Below are positions 1 through 11,592 of a stretch of DNA of 46,960 nucleotides, one piece after another (the stretch's first letter is position 1; every line of letters begins with the position of its first letter). This DNA comes from Octopus bimaculoides (taxonomy: Eukaryota), in contig NC_068981.1 in the NCBI RefSeq assembly GCF_001194135.2, positions 72,988,149-73,035,108 on the forward strand, given 5' to 3'. The position numbers were made by a program, and so were the translations under genes. Under the pieces are notes generated by a model that was not told the origin of the DNA, did no database searches, and worked only from the letters and a program-made list of their open reading frames with translations.

Positions 1-228
1 AAGACACCATTTCGAGCGTGGCCGTTTTCGTGCGGGTGACACGTAAAAGCACCCACTACACTCTCTGAGTGGTTGGCGTTAGGAAGGGCATCCAGCTGTA
101 GAAACTCTGCCAAATTAGACTGGAGCCTGGTGTTGCCATCCGGTTTCACCAGTCCTCAGTCAAATCGTCCAACCCATGCTAGCATGGAAAGCGGACGTTA
201 AACGATGATGATGATGATGATGATGATG
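1..228 (+). mobile_element. Young SINE-like retroposon 3' part with (GAT)n tail
   Basis: About 98% identical to copies at 28821-28993 (+) and 33428-33600 (-). Ends ...GGACGTTAAAC(GAT)n and abuts a Tc1 transposase remnant. Confidence 0.75.
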
Positions 229-420
229 ATTGAGATCTGGGGACTGTGGTGGCCAGATAAGATGTTCAACGTCCCTAGAATGTTCCTTGTGCCATTTAGT
301 AACAACTTTAGCTGTGTGAATTAGTGCATTATCATCCTGGAAGATTGCGTTACCCTCTGGAAACAGTTCCACAACCATAGGATTAATTTGATCAGATAGA
401 ATGCTTAAATAGTCTTGACT
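229..420 (-). mobile_element. Tc1-family transposase fragment (DDE region)
   Basis: Translation QDYLSILSDQINPMVVELFPEGNAIFQDDNALIHTAKVVTKW...HLIWPPQSPDLN carries the FQDDNA..H and WPPQSPDLN motifs. It is cut right after PDLN by the SINE tail. Confidence 0.85.
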
Positions 421-427
421 ATTAATA

Positions 428-428
<1 letters not shown>

Positions 429-498
<70 letters not shown>
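429..498. repeat. (TG)n(TA)n microsatellite
   Basis: Seen directly. It is followed by a SINE-type body at about 503-703. Confidence 0.95.
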
Positions 499-502
<4 letters not shown>

Positions 503-791
503 GGGTGTGCCTCTGTGTCTGTGATTGTCCCCCACCACCACTTATCAACTGGTGTTGGTGTGTTTACATCTCCATAACTTAGTGGTTCAGCAAAAGGGAT
601 TGATAGAATAAGTACCAGGCTTTAAAAAGAAAAGTACTGGGGTAGATTCATTTGACTAAAAATTCATCAAGACAGTACCTAATGACTGAAATGAATATAA
701 AAAACCAAAAATCATTATTAACTCTATCACTTTAATTTACTTGCCTGTTAATTCTTGCTGTTGGATGTGTTGGGCATATGAATTTAGAATT

Positions 792-1177
792 AACAAGAGC
801 ACTCAGAGAGCGCAAATTTCTACCAAGACAACACCAACATCCTCTCAATGATTAGCCAGAGATGAGTTTTAAAATGAGAATATCTGGAGTAAATTCGACT
901 GCTCTCATAAGCAAGAATATTAAAAATGAACCCGACCACTCTCAAAAATTAAGTAAAAAAAACAAGAAAAATAATCCAGAATCCTTGTCCTTCACTAGAT
1001 TGATCCCCAAACCTAATCAGTTCCTGCCAGTCACAAGTCCAAACATCCCTGAAAGTTTCATCTGAATCTATCTGGCGGTTCTTGAGATATCTTGTCCATG
1101 GACAAACAAACAAACAAACAAACAAACAAACACGGCTGAAAACAATACCTCTACCTTCGCTAAAGTGGAGGTAATAA
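792..1177 (-). mobile_element. Putative non-autonomous Helentron-like (HINE/DINE-1-type) element
   Basis: The minus strand begins TTATTACCTCC...GAGGTATT (short terminal inverted repeat/stem), then (TTTG)n, then a GATATCTCAAGAAC...GATGAAACTTTCAGG core. This layout resembles HINE elements as recalled. Confidence 0.45.
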
Positions 1178-1304
1178 GAAGACAACTGTCTTATTAATCA
1201 TGGTTCTATAAACTCCATAATCAATATTCACTCTTTGCGCTACATATATTCTTTGGATAGATGTTTTAATTATGTTTTTATTTTATGTCATATTTTTCTT
1301 ACAG

Positions 1305-1438
1305 TTCTACAATCCTAACCGGGTTGCCTCAGCACCAAAATGGCATGTATGGACTTCACCATAAAATACACCACTTCAATTCTTTTGATGATGTCAAAAG
1401 TTTACCTCTTATTTTACGCAAAGCTAACATAAGGACAG
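1305..1438 (+). CDS. SGSH: N-sulphoglucosamine sulphohydrolase (sulfamidase), first exon visible in window
   Basis: ttacag| acceptor and |gtgaga donor. Encodes [44 protein letters not shown] (human [34 protein letters not shown]). Earlier exons with the CSPSR motif lie upstream of the window. Confidence 0.95.
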
Positions 1439-1866
1439 GTGAGAAAATATTTATATTATTATTATTATTACTAACTGGCCCCATGCTGTCAAAAATGATG
1501 GCTATTTGTAGTATTTTATATATAAATACGGTACAAAATAGGATACATAATAATCAGAGATACAAGCATTCACATACTTCCTTTGTACACGCACACATAT
1601 ACTCACACAGAGTTGAAACGCAGGTTTTTATTTTTACACCCCTTCCTTCATTATTCATTTATCACCCCTTCCTTTCTCATTCATATGTTGTGACAGAGGA
1701 AAACAAAAGATACATGACACACTCTTTGCCACTTCCTCTCTCTCATTGCTATTACTTTTTCTCGCTCCCTCTCAGTCAGGGCTATTACTCTCACTACTTC
1801 GCCTTCACTGAATTACTATTTTCTCTCCTCTCCCTTCATTTATACTACTTTGTGTGATTTTAGACA

Positions 1867-1915
<49 letters not shown>

Positions 1916-2428
1916 AACGTATATAAAAACACTTTGTTCATTATTATATTAAGGGATTATTATTATTACGTCATCTTCGTTAAAGTGAGGATGTATTCTA
2001 ATAACTGAAGAAGCTTTAAGTAAATAGAGTATCTATAGATTAAATAATGGATATAAATTTTGGTACAAGGCCCGCAATTTTAGGTGACTGGGTAAAGTCA
2101 ATTACAGTAACCTCAGTGTTCAGCTGGTACTTATTTTATTGACTTTTACAGGATGAAAAGTAAAGTTGACCTCAGCAGAATTTGAACTCGGAATGTAATA
2201 AATTGGAAAAGATACTACAAATCAGTTTTTCCAACTTATAACTTATCAGGTTATCCCATAAGTTCTGTCCAATTTTACCTTTTTTAAAATTGAATGAAAT
2301 TTAATAGTATTTTAGAATGTCTAATGGAATTTAAAATTATTTTTATACATTTGTGTACATTTAAACAAATTAAATATTATTTTACAGAATAATAGAATTA
2401 AAATTTTTTTATTAAAACCCTTTCGAGC

Positions 2429-2905
2429 ATGGAAGTATCCAAAGAGCATTTAAGGTACATAATGCTTTATGAGGACAAAAAAGGAAACTCTGCAGCCGAA
2501 ATGACTTGAAACATACACTCAGTTTATGGGAAAGAATGCTTGAATGAAAGAACTTGCAGAAGATGGTNNNNNNNNNNGCTTGAATGAAAGAACTTGCAGA
2601 AGATGGTTTGCAAAATTCAGAAGTGGAGATTTCAGCCTTGAAGATGAAGATGATAAGCCCTTTGAAGCATTACTTGAAGAAAATCCTTCATTATCAGCTG
2701 AAGAATTGGCAATAAAGCTTAGTTCAAACCATACAACTATTCATTATCATCTTCAACAACTTGGAAAGGTTCCTAAACTTGGAAAATAGGTGGGGGACAT
2801 AACTTTCTCAAGCTGGGATGAGGTTGAAACTGATATTTCAGAGTTCTTTGCTTTGAAACCGAAAGCGTTTTACATAGTTGGGAGTAAAAAGCTTGTAAAT
2901 AGATT
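2429..2905 (+). mobile_element. Degenerate, internally deleted mariner transposase
   Basis: MEVSKEHLRYIMLY...ERTCRRWFAKFRSGDFSLED (HTH region) with an in-frame stop, followed by a C-terminal-like EFFALKPKAFY segment. Confidence 0.85.
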
Positions 2906-2913
2906 GTTGGTTG

Positions 2914-3298
2914 TGTAGTGCTCATACAGCAATGATGTAGACAGGCGTCTGGTGGAGATGAAAGCGGAGACTGGTTGGTGTCAGAACATCATTGCCAGAG
3001 ATGAGTTGCATGTGGTCATGCCAAAGACCTAAAACAGTTGAGAATTGCCGTTCTTATAGGGAATAGGGCTACCGGAAGCTGGTGATTAATTTCCCGCGTA
3101 AGGAAAAATAAACTGTTTCGCCAATGCGATTAGACAGCTGGAAGCTGACCAATACAAACAACAGGTTCATTTAATCACAAGGTCATGTGACCTGCTGGAA
3201 TGAAAAGGCTTTGTGGAGCTGATATTTGGGTATTTAAGCCTAGATAAGTCAAAACGAAAACATCTCACATAATGATGGTGTAAATCACTTCTGCTACA
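2914..3298. mobile_element. Possible solo LTR-like insertion
   Basis: TGTAG...CTACA termini, with CCAAT-, E-box- and TATA-like motifs inside. No target-site duplication found. Confidence 0.25.
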
Positions 3299-3319
3299 AC
3301 AGCAAGCCATAGCATACAG

Positions 3320-3560
3320 GGATTAAAATTGGGTCCCTAGATCTGTGATGCCTCCAGGCAAATCAATACCCTGCACTCTATAGTATTTATTTATTGACAG
3401 CAAGTCACAGCATATATAGATTGGAATTAAACCCCTAAATTTATGAGTTCCCCAGGCAACTGCCCAGTGCACTTCTACCTTAAGACAGCACATTATATTT
3501 GTCCATGTTCCTGAAGAACCTTGGTAGGGCCTATAAATATCTGGCAGGCCCTCCAAAAAG
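3320..3560 (+). mobile_element. Decayed C-terminal end of an RLE-type (R4/Dong- or NeSL-like) LINE
   Basis: Frameshifted pieces LGSLGSVM and GIKPLNL*VPQATAQCTSTL..HII resemble the GALG...LGI...Q.A...GTAHI end of RLE ORFs. Confidence 0.3.
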
Positions 3561-4176
3561 ACAAAAAGATAATAATTTACAGCTACTTGGATTTTGAGAG
3601 AAGTTCCTCCTTGGGGACCTGAAACCAGTCTTGCTTCAGCTTGCAATATTTTGTCTCCAAGGAAGGTGATGAGCTTGGCAGAATTGTTAGCACACTAGGC
3701 AAAATGTTTAGCTGCATTTTGCATGTCTTTACATTCTGAGTTCTAATTCCACTGAAGTCCACTTTGCCTTGCATCCTTTCACATGTCAATAAAATAAGTA
3801 TCAGTTGAACACTGGGGTTGATGTAATCAACTTACCCCCTCCACCAAAATTGCTGGCCTTGTGGAAAATTTTGAAACCAATATTTTGTCTCAAAGGCCTT
3901 ATCCATTGAAGAGCTTTAATTCAACATTGCAAGCTAAACACTTGACACAATATTACTGTAGCTTAAAAAATACATATGACTGGGCCAGATGAAAGATCAA
4001 TACCATGGACTTGGAAAAAAAGCAGCATTAGTAATAGGGTAAAAGACAAACTAATAACCTGGTCCACATTGAGCTGTGACTTGGTCTTACAATAGTCATA
4101 CAGAGAGGGAAAAAATCTATGAAAGAAATGAAAATTAATTATTGATGAAAATTGTGTTTCTTTTTCTTTGTTATAG

Positions 4177-4327
4177 GAATAATTGGTAAAAAACACGTTG
4201 GACCTGAATATGTTTATCCTTTTGATTATGCTAAAACCGAAGAGAATGAGTCCATTCTGCAAGTCGGTCGAAATATTACACATATCAAAGAACTTGTGAG
4301 GCAGTTTCTTACAGAAACAGGATCCAA
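4177..4327 (+). CDS. SGSH: Sulfamidase exon
   Basis: ttatag| and |gtcagt, 151 nt, phases consistent with neighbours. Encodes [45 protein letters not shown] (human [35 protein letters not shown]). Confidence 0.97.
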
Positions 4328-4377
4328 GTCAGTATGCTTTTATATATGCATGCATATAATAATGATAATAATAATCC

Positions 4378-4580
4378 TTTCTACTATAGGCACAAGGTCT
4401 GAAATTTGGGAGAGGGTCTATTACATTAACCCCAGTGTTCAACTGATACTTATTTAATCACCCATAGAAGGATGAAAGACAAAGTTGACTTTGTAGGTAT
4501 TTGAACTCAGAACTTAAACCCAGAAGAAATACTGCTAAGCATTTTGTTTGGTGTGCTTATGATTCTGCCAGTTTGCTGTT
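4378..4580 (-). mobile_element. tRNA-derived SINE (GATAAAATAAGTACCAG-type core), head abutting (AAT)n
   Basis: Homologous to copies at about 2040-2240, 3660-3880, 8885-9110, 27855-28030 and the 43.1-46.4 kb cluster. Has a B-box-like GAGTTCAAAT. Confidence 0.7.
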
Positions 4581-4586
4581 TTAATA

Positions 4587-4630
<44 letters not shown>

Positions 4631-4894
4631 CGGGATGGGTTACTCGACCTGAAGAAAATTCTAACTGGGCCCCACCTGCGAGGTCATGCGCTGTTTATCT
4701 TGATATGAGATCTCCATGTCGCGCACATATGGTTGTGATGCATGTGCCTGGTGTACCCTTGTCAGACGGGTAGTCATGATGGGTATAATGGGCTTCGTAT
4801 ATTTTACCCCAGTGTCACTTTGATGGCATGCACTGCTCTCTCACTCAATAATAGTAATGATGATGATGATGATAACAACAACAACAACAATAAA

Positions 4895-5075
4895 AATAAT
4901 CATTGTGTTTGGACAGCAATGGTGCATGGCAGTGAAATGTGGACCTTGAATGCAGAAGACTAATGAAAGCTAGTAAGAAATGGGGAAAGAATGTTCCAGT
5001 ATATGTATCATATTAGTGAGCATGAATGACAGGGTAGAAGTGATCAGGGAGAAAAATTAGGTATGATTAGAATTT
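4895..5075 (+). mobile_element. RTE-clade LINE remnant
   Basis: VWTAMVHGSEMWTLNAED*..RNGERMFQYM resembles the RTE AMLYGSETW...RNEMRMLRWM region. Truncated by a mariner insertion. Confidence 0.55.
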
Positions 5076-5086
5076 TATGTAATGTA

Positions 5087-5525
5087 TTGGGTCATCCCAT
5101 AAAAAATGTGGTTTTTCAATTGCATGAACTGAAAGTCAGAGGGGGACGGGATAAACTACCTGCATCAACTTGCTATAAAAGCAAGTAGTAATTTTATCTT
5201 GTTCTTATACTTAGTGCAAGTTTTGAAGAGTTATTTTTTCAAAGCTATAAATGGAAGTGACAAAGGAACGTGTTTGTTATATTTTGCTTTATGGGTTCAA
5301 TAAAGGCAGCAATGAAACGGAAAGTGCAAAGAGTATTAATGCAGTATATGGGGTTCAGACAATAAGTGTAAACCAGTGTCATTGGTGGTTCCAGAAATTC
5401 CAAGCCAGAAACTACAGCCTAGAAGACAAAACTCATCCTGGAAGATCTGTAGAGTTTGAGGATGATGTTCTGCAAACCCTGGTGGAACAAAATCCCATCG
5501 TAGCTGTTGATGAACTATTATCAAT
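5087..5525 (+). mobile_element. Mariner element 5' part (TIR + transposase N-terminus)
   Basis: TA|TTGGGTCATCCCATAAAAAATG terminus. ORF MEVTKERVCYILLYGFNKG...QCHWWFQKFQARNYSLEDKTHPGRSVEFEDDVLQTLVEQNP. Confidence 0.85.
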
Positions 5526-6556
5526 CATGGAGGAAATAACAATTGATATTGATTGGCAATATCAAGAGCTGCAGGAAATCTGCCTGCTCATATTGAGTTA
5601 AGAGTAGTGATAGATACTGAGATCTTATGTACTTGTGTATGTGTGTGTCTGTGTAAATGCATGCATGCATGTGTACATACATACATGCATACAGACAGAC
5701 AGAGTTTAGATTAGTTCAAATATGTTTGGGATATATTTGACCTATAAAAAGGCATCTTCTCTTCAGTTTGCCACAGAGAAACAAATTCTTTCTTTTAAGC
5801 AAAAGATGTTAAAAAATATCAAAATCAGTTCAAATTGCCCCCTATGGATAAGCATTTCAGACATTTTTAGCTCCTCAGTACCAGATACCAAGTGGGGCAA
5901 CTAACTGAAAGACTTAGCTTCCTTATAGGAAATTAGTAAAACTTATTTACTAATTGTGTGTTTCAGCCATCAGTCCATAGGAGGCTCTGTGAACTGACTC
6001 TGGTATTTTTAATGCCTTTTGCCTAAAGCAAGAATTTTTTTCCGTAGCAAACCATAATGAAAATGGCCTCTTTACAAATCAAATATATATATATATATAT
6101 ATTTTTATATTATTAATAAAATTATTAACAATATTCTTAGGAAATCAATATTCAAATTTCTGAAAGATGTATGTTTTATATGACACAATAATCATTTTGA
6201 AACCAAATCAAATATATTCCAAACATATTTGAACTGATCTAAAGTTTGTTTACTTTACACAACCATGTTCTGTTCATATATCTTGTTCTGACCTGGTGTC
6301 TGAAGTATGCAATTGTTGAATAATTTTTATTGATTTTTAAAGCAATGGCACTTCTAAATGTAATGGAATTTAGTTCCTCATTAAGTGATGATTATCATGT
6401 AAAGTACAAAAAGAGTAAAAACAAAAACAAAGAAGAAAAATATAAAAAACCATAAGCTTAGGGCTAGGTATACAATATATATATATTTTTTTAATATTCC
6501 ATTGTAGTGTGTGAATCTATACAAATATATATGTATGTATTCTGATTTTTTTAAAG

Positions 6557-6798
6557 ACCATTTCTGCTATACATTGGTTTCCATGATCCTCATCGCTGTG
6601 GCCATACCCATCCTCAATTTGGTGCTTTCTGTGAAAAATTTGGAGATGGAATCACAAAGGGAAGTGGAATTATCCCTGACTGGAAACCGATACACTATGA
6701 CCCTAGTGAAGTAATAGTGCCGTACTTTATACCCGATACACCTGCAGCCCGAGCTGATATAGCTGCACAGTATACAACTATTAGTCGACTCGATCAAG
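6557..6798 (+). CDS. SGSH: Sulfamidase exon
   Basis: ttaaag| and |gtaagc, 242 nt. Encodes [31 protein letters not shown]...[42 protein letters not shown]. Confidence 0.97.
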
Positions 6799-8011
6799 GT
6801 AAGCAAACTTTTAATGTAATGAATGATTTTAAATGCCTTTGTAATTTACAAAGCTTTACAAGTCTTACTTCACTGAAGCTCTTTACTCAATGTGGAGCAT
6901 TGGCTATCGATGACTTTTCTCTACTGTTCTCAGTCTGGACTGTCTTTTCTGCTTCTCACCATTTGGATCTCTGCTTTCTTTTGGATTTTGCTGCACTATG
7001 TCATGTTTCCCTGGGGAAAGGCCTTCCTCTCCCTGGTGTTATTGGTTTTCAATTGCCATTGATGCTTCTGTAACTTTGCTTTTTTCTAGCTAGGGGTCTT
7101 TGTAAACTGGAAAGAACTGGTCCATATGCCTAATTACCTAACTTTGAAGTTATTCCTTGCATTGAGCTGTAAATAATTAGAATGAGATGACACATCACAA
7201 TTCTGTAAGCTGGAGAAATGCTCTATAATTTATTTCTCAAAGAGATATATGTAAGATATAAATTATACAGTATTTACTGTATAATTTATATCTCAAATTT
7301 GGTGGGATAGGTACTGTTACTTAGACTAACCCAGTATTCAACTGGCATTTACTTTACCAACCATGGAAATCAATCTTGGCAAGATTGTAACTCATGAGGT
7401 AAAGATACATGTTGAGTAATGAGCAAGTGTTGTGTTAGTTTTCACTCCTAAATTCTGACCATTACATGTGTGAAAATTTGAGAGCTAAGATTTGTGAGAT
7501 AAACTACATGAAACCAAAGTTTTCAAGTGGTGCCGTTGATATTCAGTTGGTTACAGGGTACACAAATGTAAATTATAAAGCTCTGTAAATCTTAAAGTTA
7601 TTAGAGTGTCATTGTCTTCGAGTAATGATCGTACACAAGAAGAATTATTGTTTACCTTCTCAAATCTTTTGGAATTATTTGAGCTCAGAAAGCTAAGAAA
7701 ACACATTTATTATGCAACAACCCTGCTGCATGGCAAATTTTGAACTCTAAAACTCATGATAGTTATTTTAGAACTAGTTATATTTGGTCATCAAAAGTAC
7801 AAAGGTTTTATTGAAAGACATAGCACAACACTAGTGACATCTTACTGAGCATTGATAAACAATATGAAGATAAATTTTCCAAGTGATGTTTTGTATGACT
7901 TACATATGTATATTTCATAATGGAACTGATTCACATTTAATTTTTCAATTGTACTTGTTCATAACAGAAATCTTCAAGTAACATAGATATTAATGTATTC
8001 AATTTACACAG

Positions 8012-8187
8012 GCATTGGGCTAATAATTAAAGAATTGAATGATGCTGGACATCTCAATGACACTCTTGTTTTGTACACATCTGATAATGGTATCCCATTT
8101 CCTAATGGCAGAACAAACCTTTATGATCCTGGTATAGCAGAGCCATTTTTGATTTCTTCACCTTTACACCATCAGAAATGGGGCCAA
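8012..8187 (+). CDS. SGSH: Sulfamidase exon
   Basis: acacag| and |gtaagt, 176 nt. Encodes [59 protein letters not shown], including the metal-binding SDNG motif. Confidence 0.97.
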
Positions 8188-9229
8188 GTAAGTTATTAAC
8201 CATTAAGTTTCCAATAACTTTGTTTTAGCCATATTTCTACTTGATATACACTGTATATGTGTTTTAATTGATTTTAAAAATAATCAAGAACCTGGAAAGA
8301 TTTGCTGAATCATCCTCCTCCTCCTCCTCCTCCTCATCATCATCATCACTTAACGTCGATTGTCCATGCTGGCATAGGTTGGATGGTTTGACCAGAGTTG
8401 GAGAGCTGCACCAGGCTCCAGTCTGATTTGGCATGGTTTCTATGGCTTGATGCTCTTCCTAATGCTAACCACTTTACAGGGTGTACTGGGTACTTTTATG
8501 TGGCAATGCAAGGATGCTTTTATGTGGAACCACACGGATACTTTTATGTGGCACTGCCATGAGTGCTTTTTACATGGTACTGGCACAGGACTCTTGCAGG
8601 TCAATCCTTACCACCAGGGGGGGGGGGCGGTCTCAACATTTCTACTGTGGAGTATGGGTCTTCTTGAGTACAAAAAATAAATAATAAATTTTCCTTAAGA
8701 TGGTATTTGGAACATAATATTATAAAAGGTTCTTATGACAGTTATGATGGATGGTCTTAATTTATATATGAAGCCTTTAAAATATGAGGTTACGTATTGT
8801 AGAAGTATGGCAGTCTCAGGCAAATTGGTAACAAAAAAAGAGTTAAATGAAATCAATGATATTATACTTAATTAAAGTTAACAAGCCTTTCTACTATAGG
8901 CACAAGTTCTGAAATTTTGTGGGAGGGAACTAATTGATTAAATCAATCTCAATGTTTAACTGGTACTTATTTCATCCCCAAAATAGATTGAAGCCAAAGT
9001 CAACTTTGGTGGAATTTAAACTCAGAACATAAAGCCAGAAAAACTGCTGCTAAGCATTTTGTCCTGCTAATGATCTGCTAATGAGCTGCCAGCTCACTAC
9101 CTTAATTAAAGTTAATAATGAAATCTATAACACTTTAATAAAACAGATTATGCTGCAGTTCAGGTGGAAAATTCAAAGTTTGAAGTCCTAATATTATTTG
9201 TCTTTGCATTTAATAGTTAAGTCGTAGCA

Positions 9230-9602
9230 CTCTGTTGGTTATGCCGACGAGGGTTCCAGTTGATTCGATCAATGAAACAGCCTGCTCTTGAAATTAACAT
9301 GCCAGTGGCTGAGCACTCCACAGACATGTGTACTCTTAACGTAGTTCTCAAGAAGATTCAGCATGACACAGAGTGTGACAAGGCTGGCCCTTTGAAATAC
9401 AGGTACAAGAGAAACAGGAAGAAAGAGTGAGAGAAAGCTGTGGTGGAAGAGTACAGCAGGGTTCGCCACCACCCACCGCCAAAGCTTTAAGTGTTTTTGT
9501 TCAATAAACACTCTCAATGCCTGGTCTGGGAATTGAAACCGCAATCCTACGACTGCTAGTCTGCTGCCCTAACCAGTGGGCCATTGGCCATTGCACCTCC
9601 AC
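9230..9602 (-). mobile_element. Full-length tRNA-derived SINE (same family as 38993-39359)
   Basis: Reverse complement begins TGTGGAGGTGCAATGG...GGTTAGGGCAGCAGAC...GGTTTCAATTCCCAGACC and is colinear with 38993-39359. Confidence 0.85.
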
Positions 9603-9741
9603 AATATTAAAGTATTACTAGGATTATTAAAGAGGAAACCAGATATATCATTGTAGCTAGATTTCATCAAAAAGGAATTTTAAAATCTACAGGTATTTTT
9701 AATGACAAGAATTTCTCTTTCTCTTTGAAGAATACATTATT

Positions 9742-10037
9742 GAAGATAATTGCAGTGTGGAAGATGTTTATAAGCCATTTAAAATAACACACAAAAACCA
9801 TTAGATTCACTTGAACATTTAAATTTAATTTGTCAAAATATTTTCGTTGCTTTGAGACCACGACCTGTTCACTGACAAAATTCTGTGCTGCATCTGAATT
9901 TTGTCAGTGAACAGGTCGCAGTCTCAAAGCGACGAAAATATTTTGGCAAATTAAATTTAAATGTTCAAGTGAATCTAATGGTTTTTGTGTGTTATTTTAA
10001 ATGGCTTATAAACACCTTCCACGCTGCAATTGTTTTC
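9742..10037. repeat. Foldback (palindromic MITE-like) element with ~140-bp arms and a 12-nt loop
   Basis: Arms are near-perfect reverse complements around the loop TGTGCTGCATCT. The differences seen are transitions. Confidence 0.9.
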
Positions 10038-10473
10038 GTTCCAGCACACGATCTCAGATCAGGTCACTTGTTATACAAGTACATCTCCGTAATTATTGAA
10101 GATGTTTGTCAAAAATGTGATGCTCTATGACAGTAAAACTAGAGTAGTAAAATCATGGCATGTACGAAATTAAAACGGAATGATTTCTTTCAACAAAGCT
10201 TTGGGTCATCATCATCATCATCATCCTTTAGCTTCCATTTTCCATGCTGGCTTGGACTGGACAATTTCACTGAAACTGGTAAGCAGGGGTGCAGCACCAG
10301 GCTCCAGTCTATTTTGGCTTGGTTTCTACAGCTGGATGCTCTTCCTAATGCCAGCCACCCCACAGAGTGTACTGTGTGTTTTACATGTCACCAGCAAAAT
10401 ATATATTAGATATAAACAACCATTTAAATAATCTTTAGACATTCATATTTTAAAACTTTAATACCAATTTATC

Positions 10474-10770
10474 TATACTTTATTATTAAAGCTGTAAAAA
10501 CATCACAAAAATATCACAAGATACTACCACTCAGAATTTCACCTTCCCATTTGTCAGGCAGTTGTAAGAATGGAATAAAAAATTTTATTCTATTCTTGAT
10601 CACAACTGCTCGATGAACAGGAACCTGAAACTCTGAGTGGCNNNNNNNNNNATAAAAAATTTTATTCTATTCTTGATCACAACTGCTCGATGAACAGGAA
10701 CCTGAAACTCTGAGTGGCAGTTTTTTGTAATATTTTTGTGATGTTTTTGCAGCTTTTATAATAAAGCATA
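10474..10770. mobile_element. MITE-like element with ~65-bp terminal inverted repeats
   Basis: CTTTATTATTAAAGCTGTAAAAACATCACAAAAATAT...CCACTCAGAATTTCA mirrors TGAAACTCTGAGTGG...ATATTTTTGTGATGTTTTTGCAGCTTTTATAATAAAG. The interior holds an assembly duplication around an N gap. Confidence 0.7.
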
Positions 10771-11592
10771 CCACTCTGCCTCTGGTATTTGAGTACTATT
10801 TTTTCCCACCTTGTTTCACATTTATGTGCTTACTCAGGTGTACCTATTTATCTATGAAGTATGCTAATTGAATTAACATGATTTGGTTAAGGATTCACTA
10901 CAATATTTAAACAAGCCTAGTGTTTAAACAAATATCATCCTCCTTTAATATCTGTCCCCCATGCTGACATGAGTTGACAGTTCAAGAGGTTCCAACAAGT
11001 CAGAGGGATACATTGAGCCCCAATATCTGCTTTGGTGTGGTTCCTATGGCTGGATGCCTTTTTTTTATGGCAGCAACACTATGAGGTTGCCAAGTAACTT
11101 GCAAGACAAAACAAAGCAACAGAAAATAGACTCTTCTACTGAATGGGAGTGGCATTATAGCTGGTGTTGAGAGGCCAAAGTATGATAGCAGGACAGACAT
11201 TTTGCTGTAGAGGAGATACATGGCTACTTCACATTATATAAGGGTGGGCTGGAGATAAAGAGAGATAATGTTGGTGGTAACATAGTATCAGAGTGTAGCC
11301 TTGAAGTACAAGAAGGTGAGAACAGAGATTAACTTATTGAAATGATATTTAAATGAATGGCCTCAACAACCTCACTCTACTACAACATCTGAAAGAATAT
11401 TTCACTTGTAACTTAATGCTTTATAACTTCTAAAACTAAGCACTTGAGTCAGTTAACTTTTAGAAATCTAATCAATTAACTTTTAGAAATTAGTGCTGAA
11501 GATATTCCTAATTATTTCTATATATTATATATATTCCTTTATTTCAAAAAATATATTCACATATTTCGCATTTTTATCTTTTACATTTTCAG

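Noticed and set aside
1439-1857. Continuation of the 190-aa ORF beyond the SGSH exon
   Set aside because: Homology ends at a canonical GT donor at 1439. The remainder is low-complexity intron.
2538-2607. Direct 30-bp duplication flanking a short N gap in the mariner remnant
   Set aside because: Identical sequence on both sides of a minimal gap is a contig-overlap artefact.
10573-10717. About 65-bp direct repeat around a short N gap
   Set aside because: Same overlap artefact, not a real tandem duplication.
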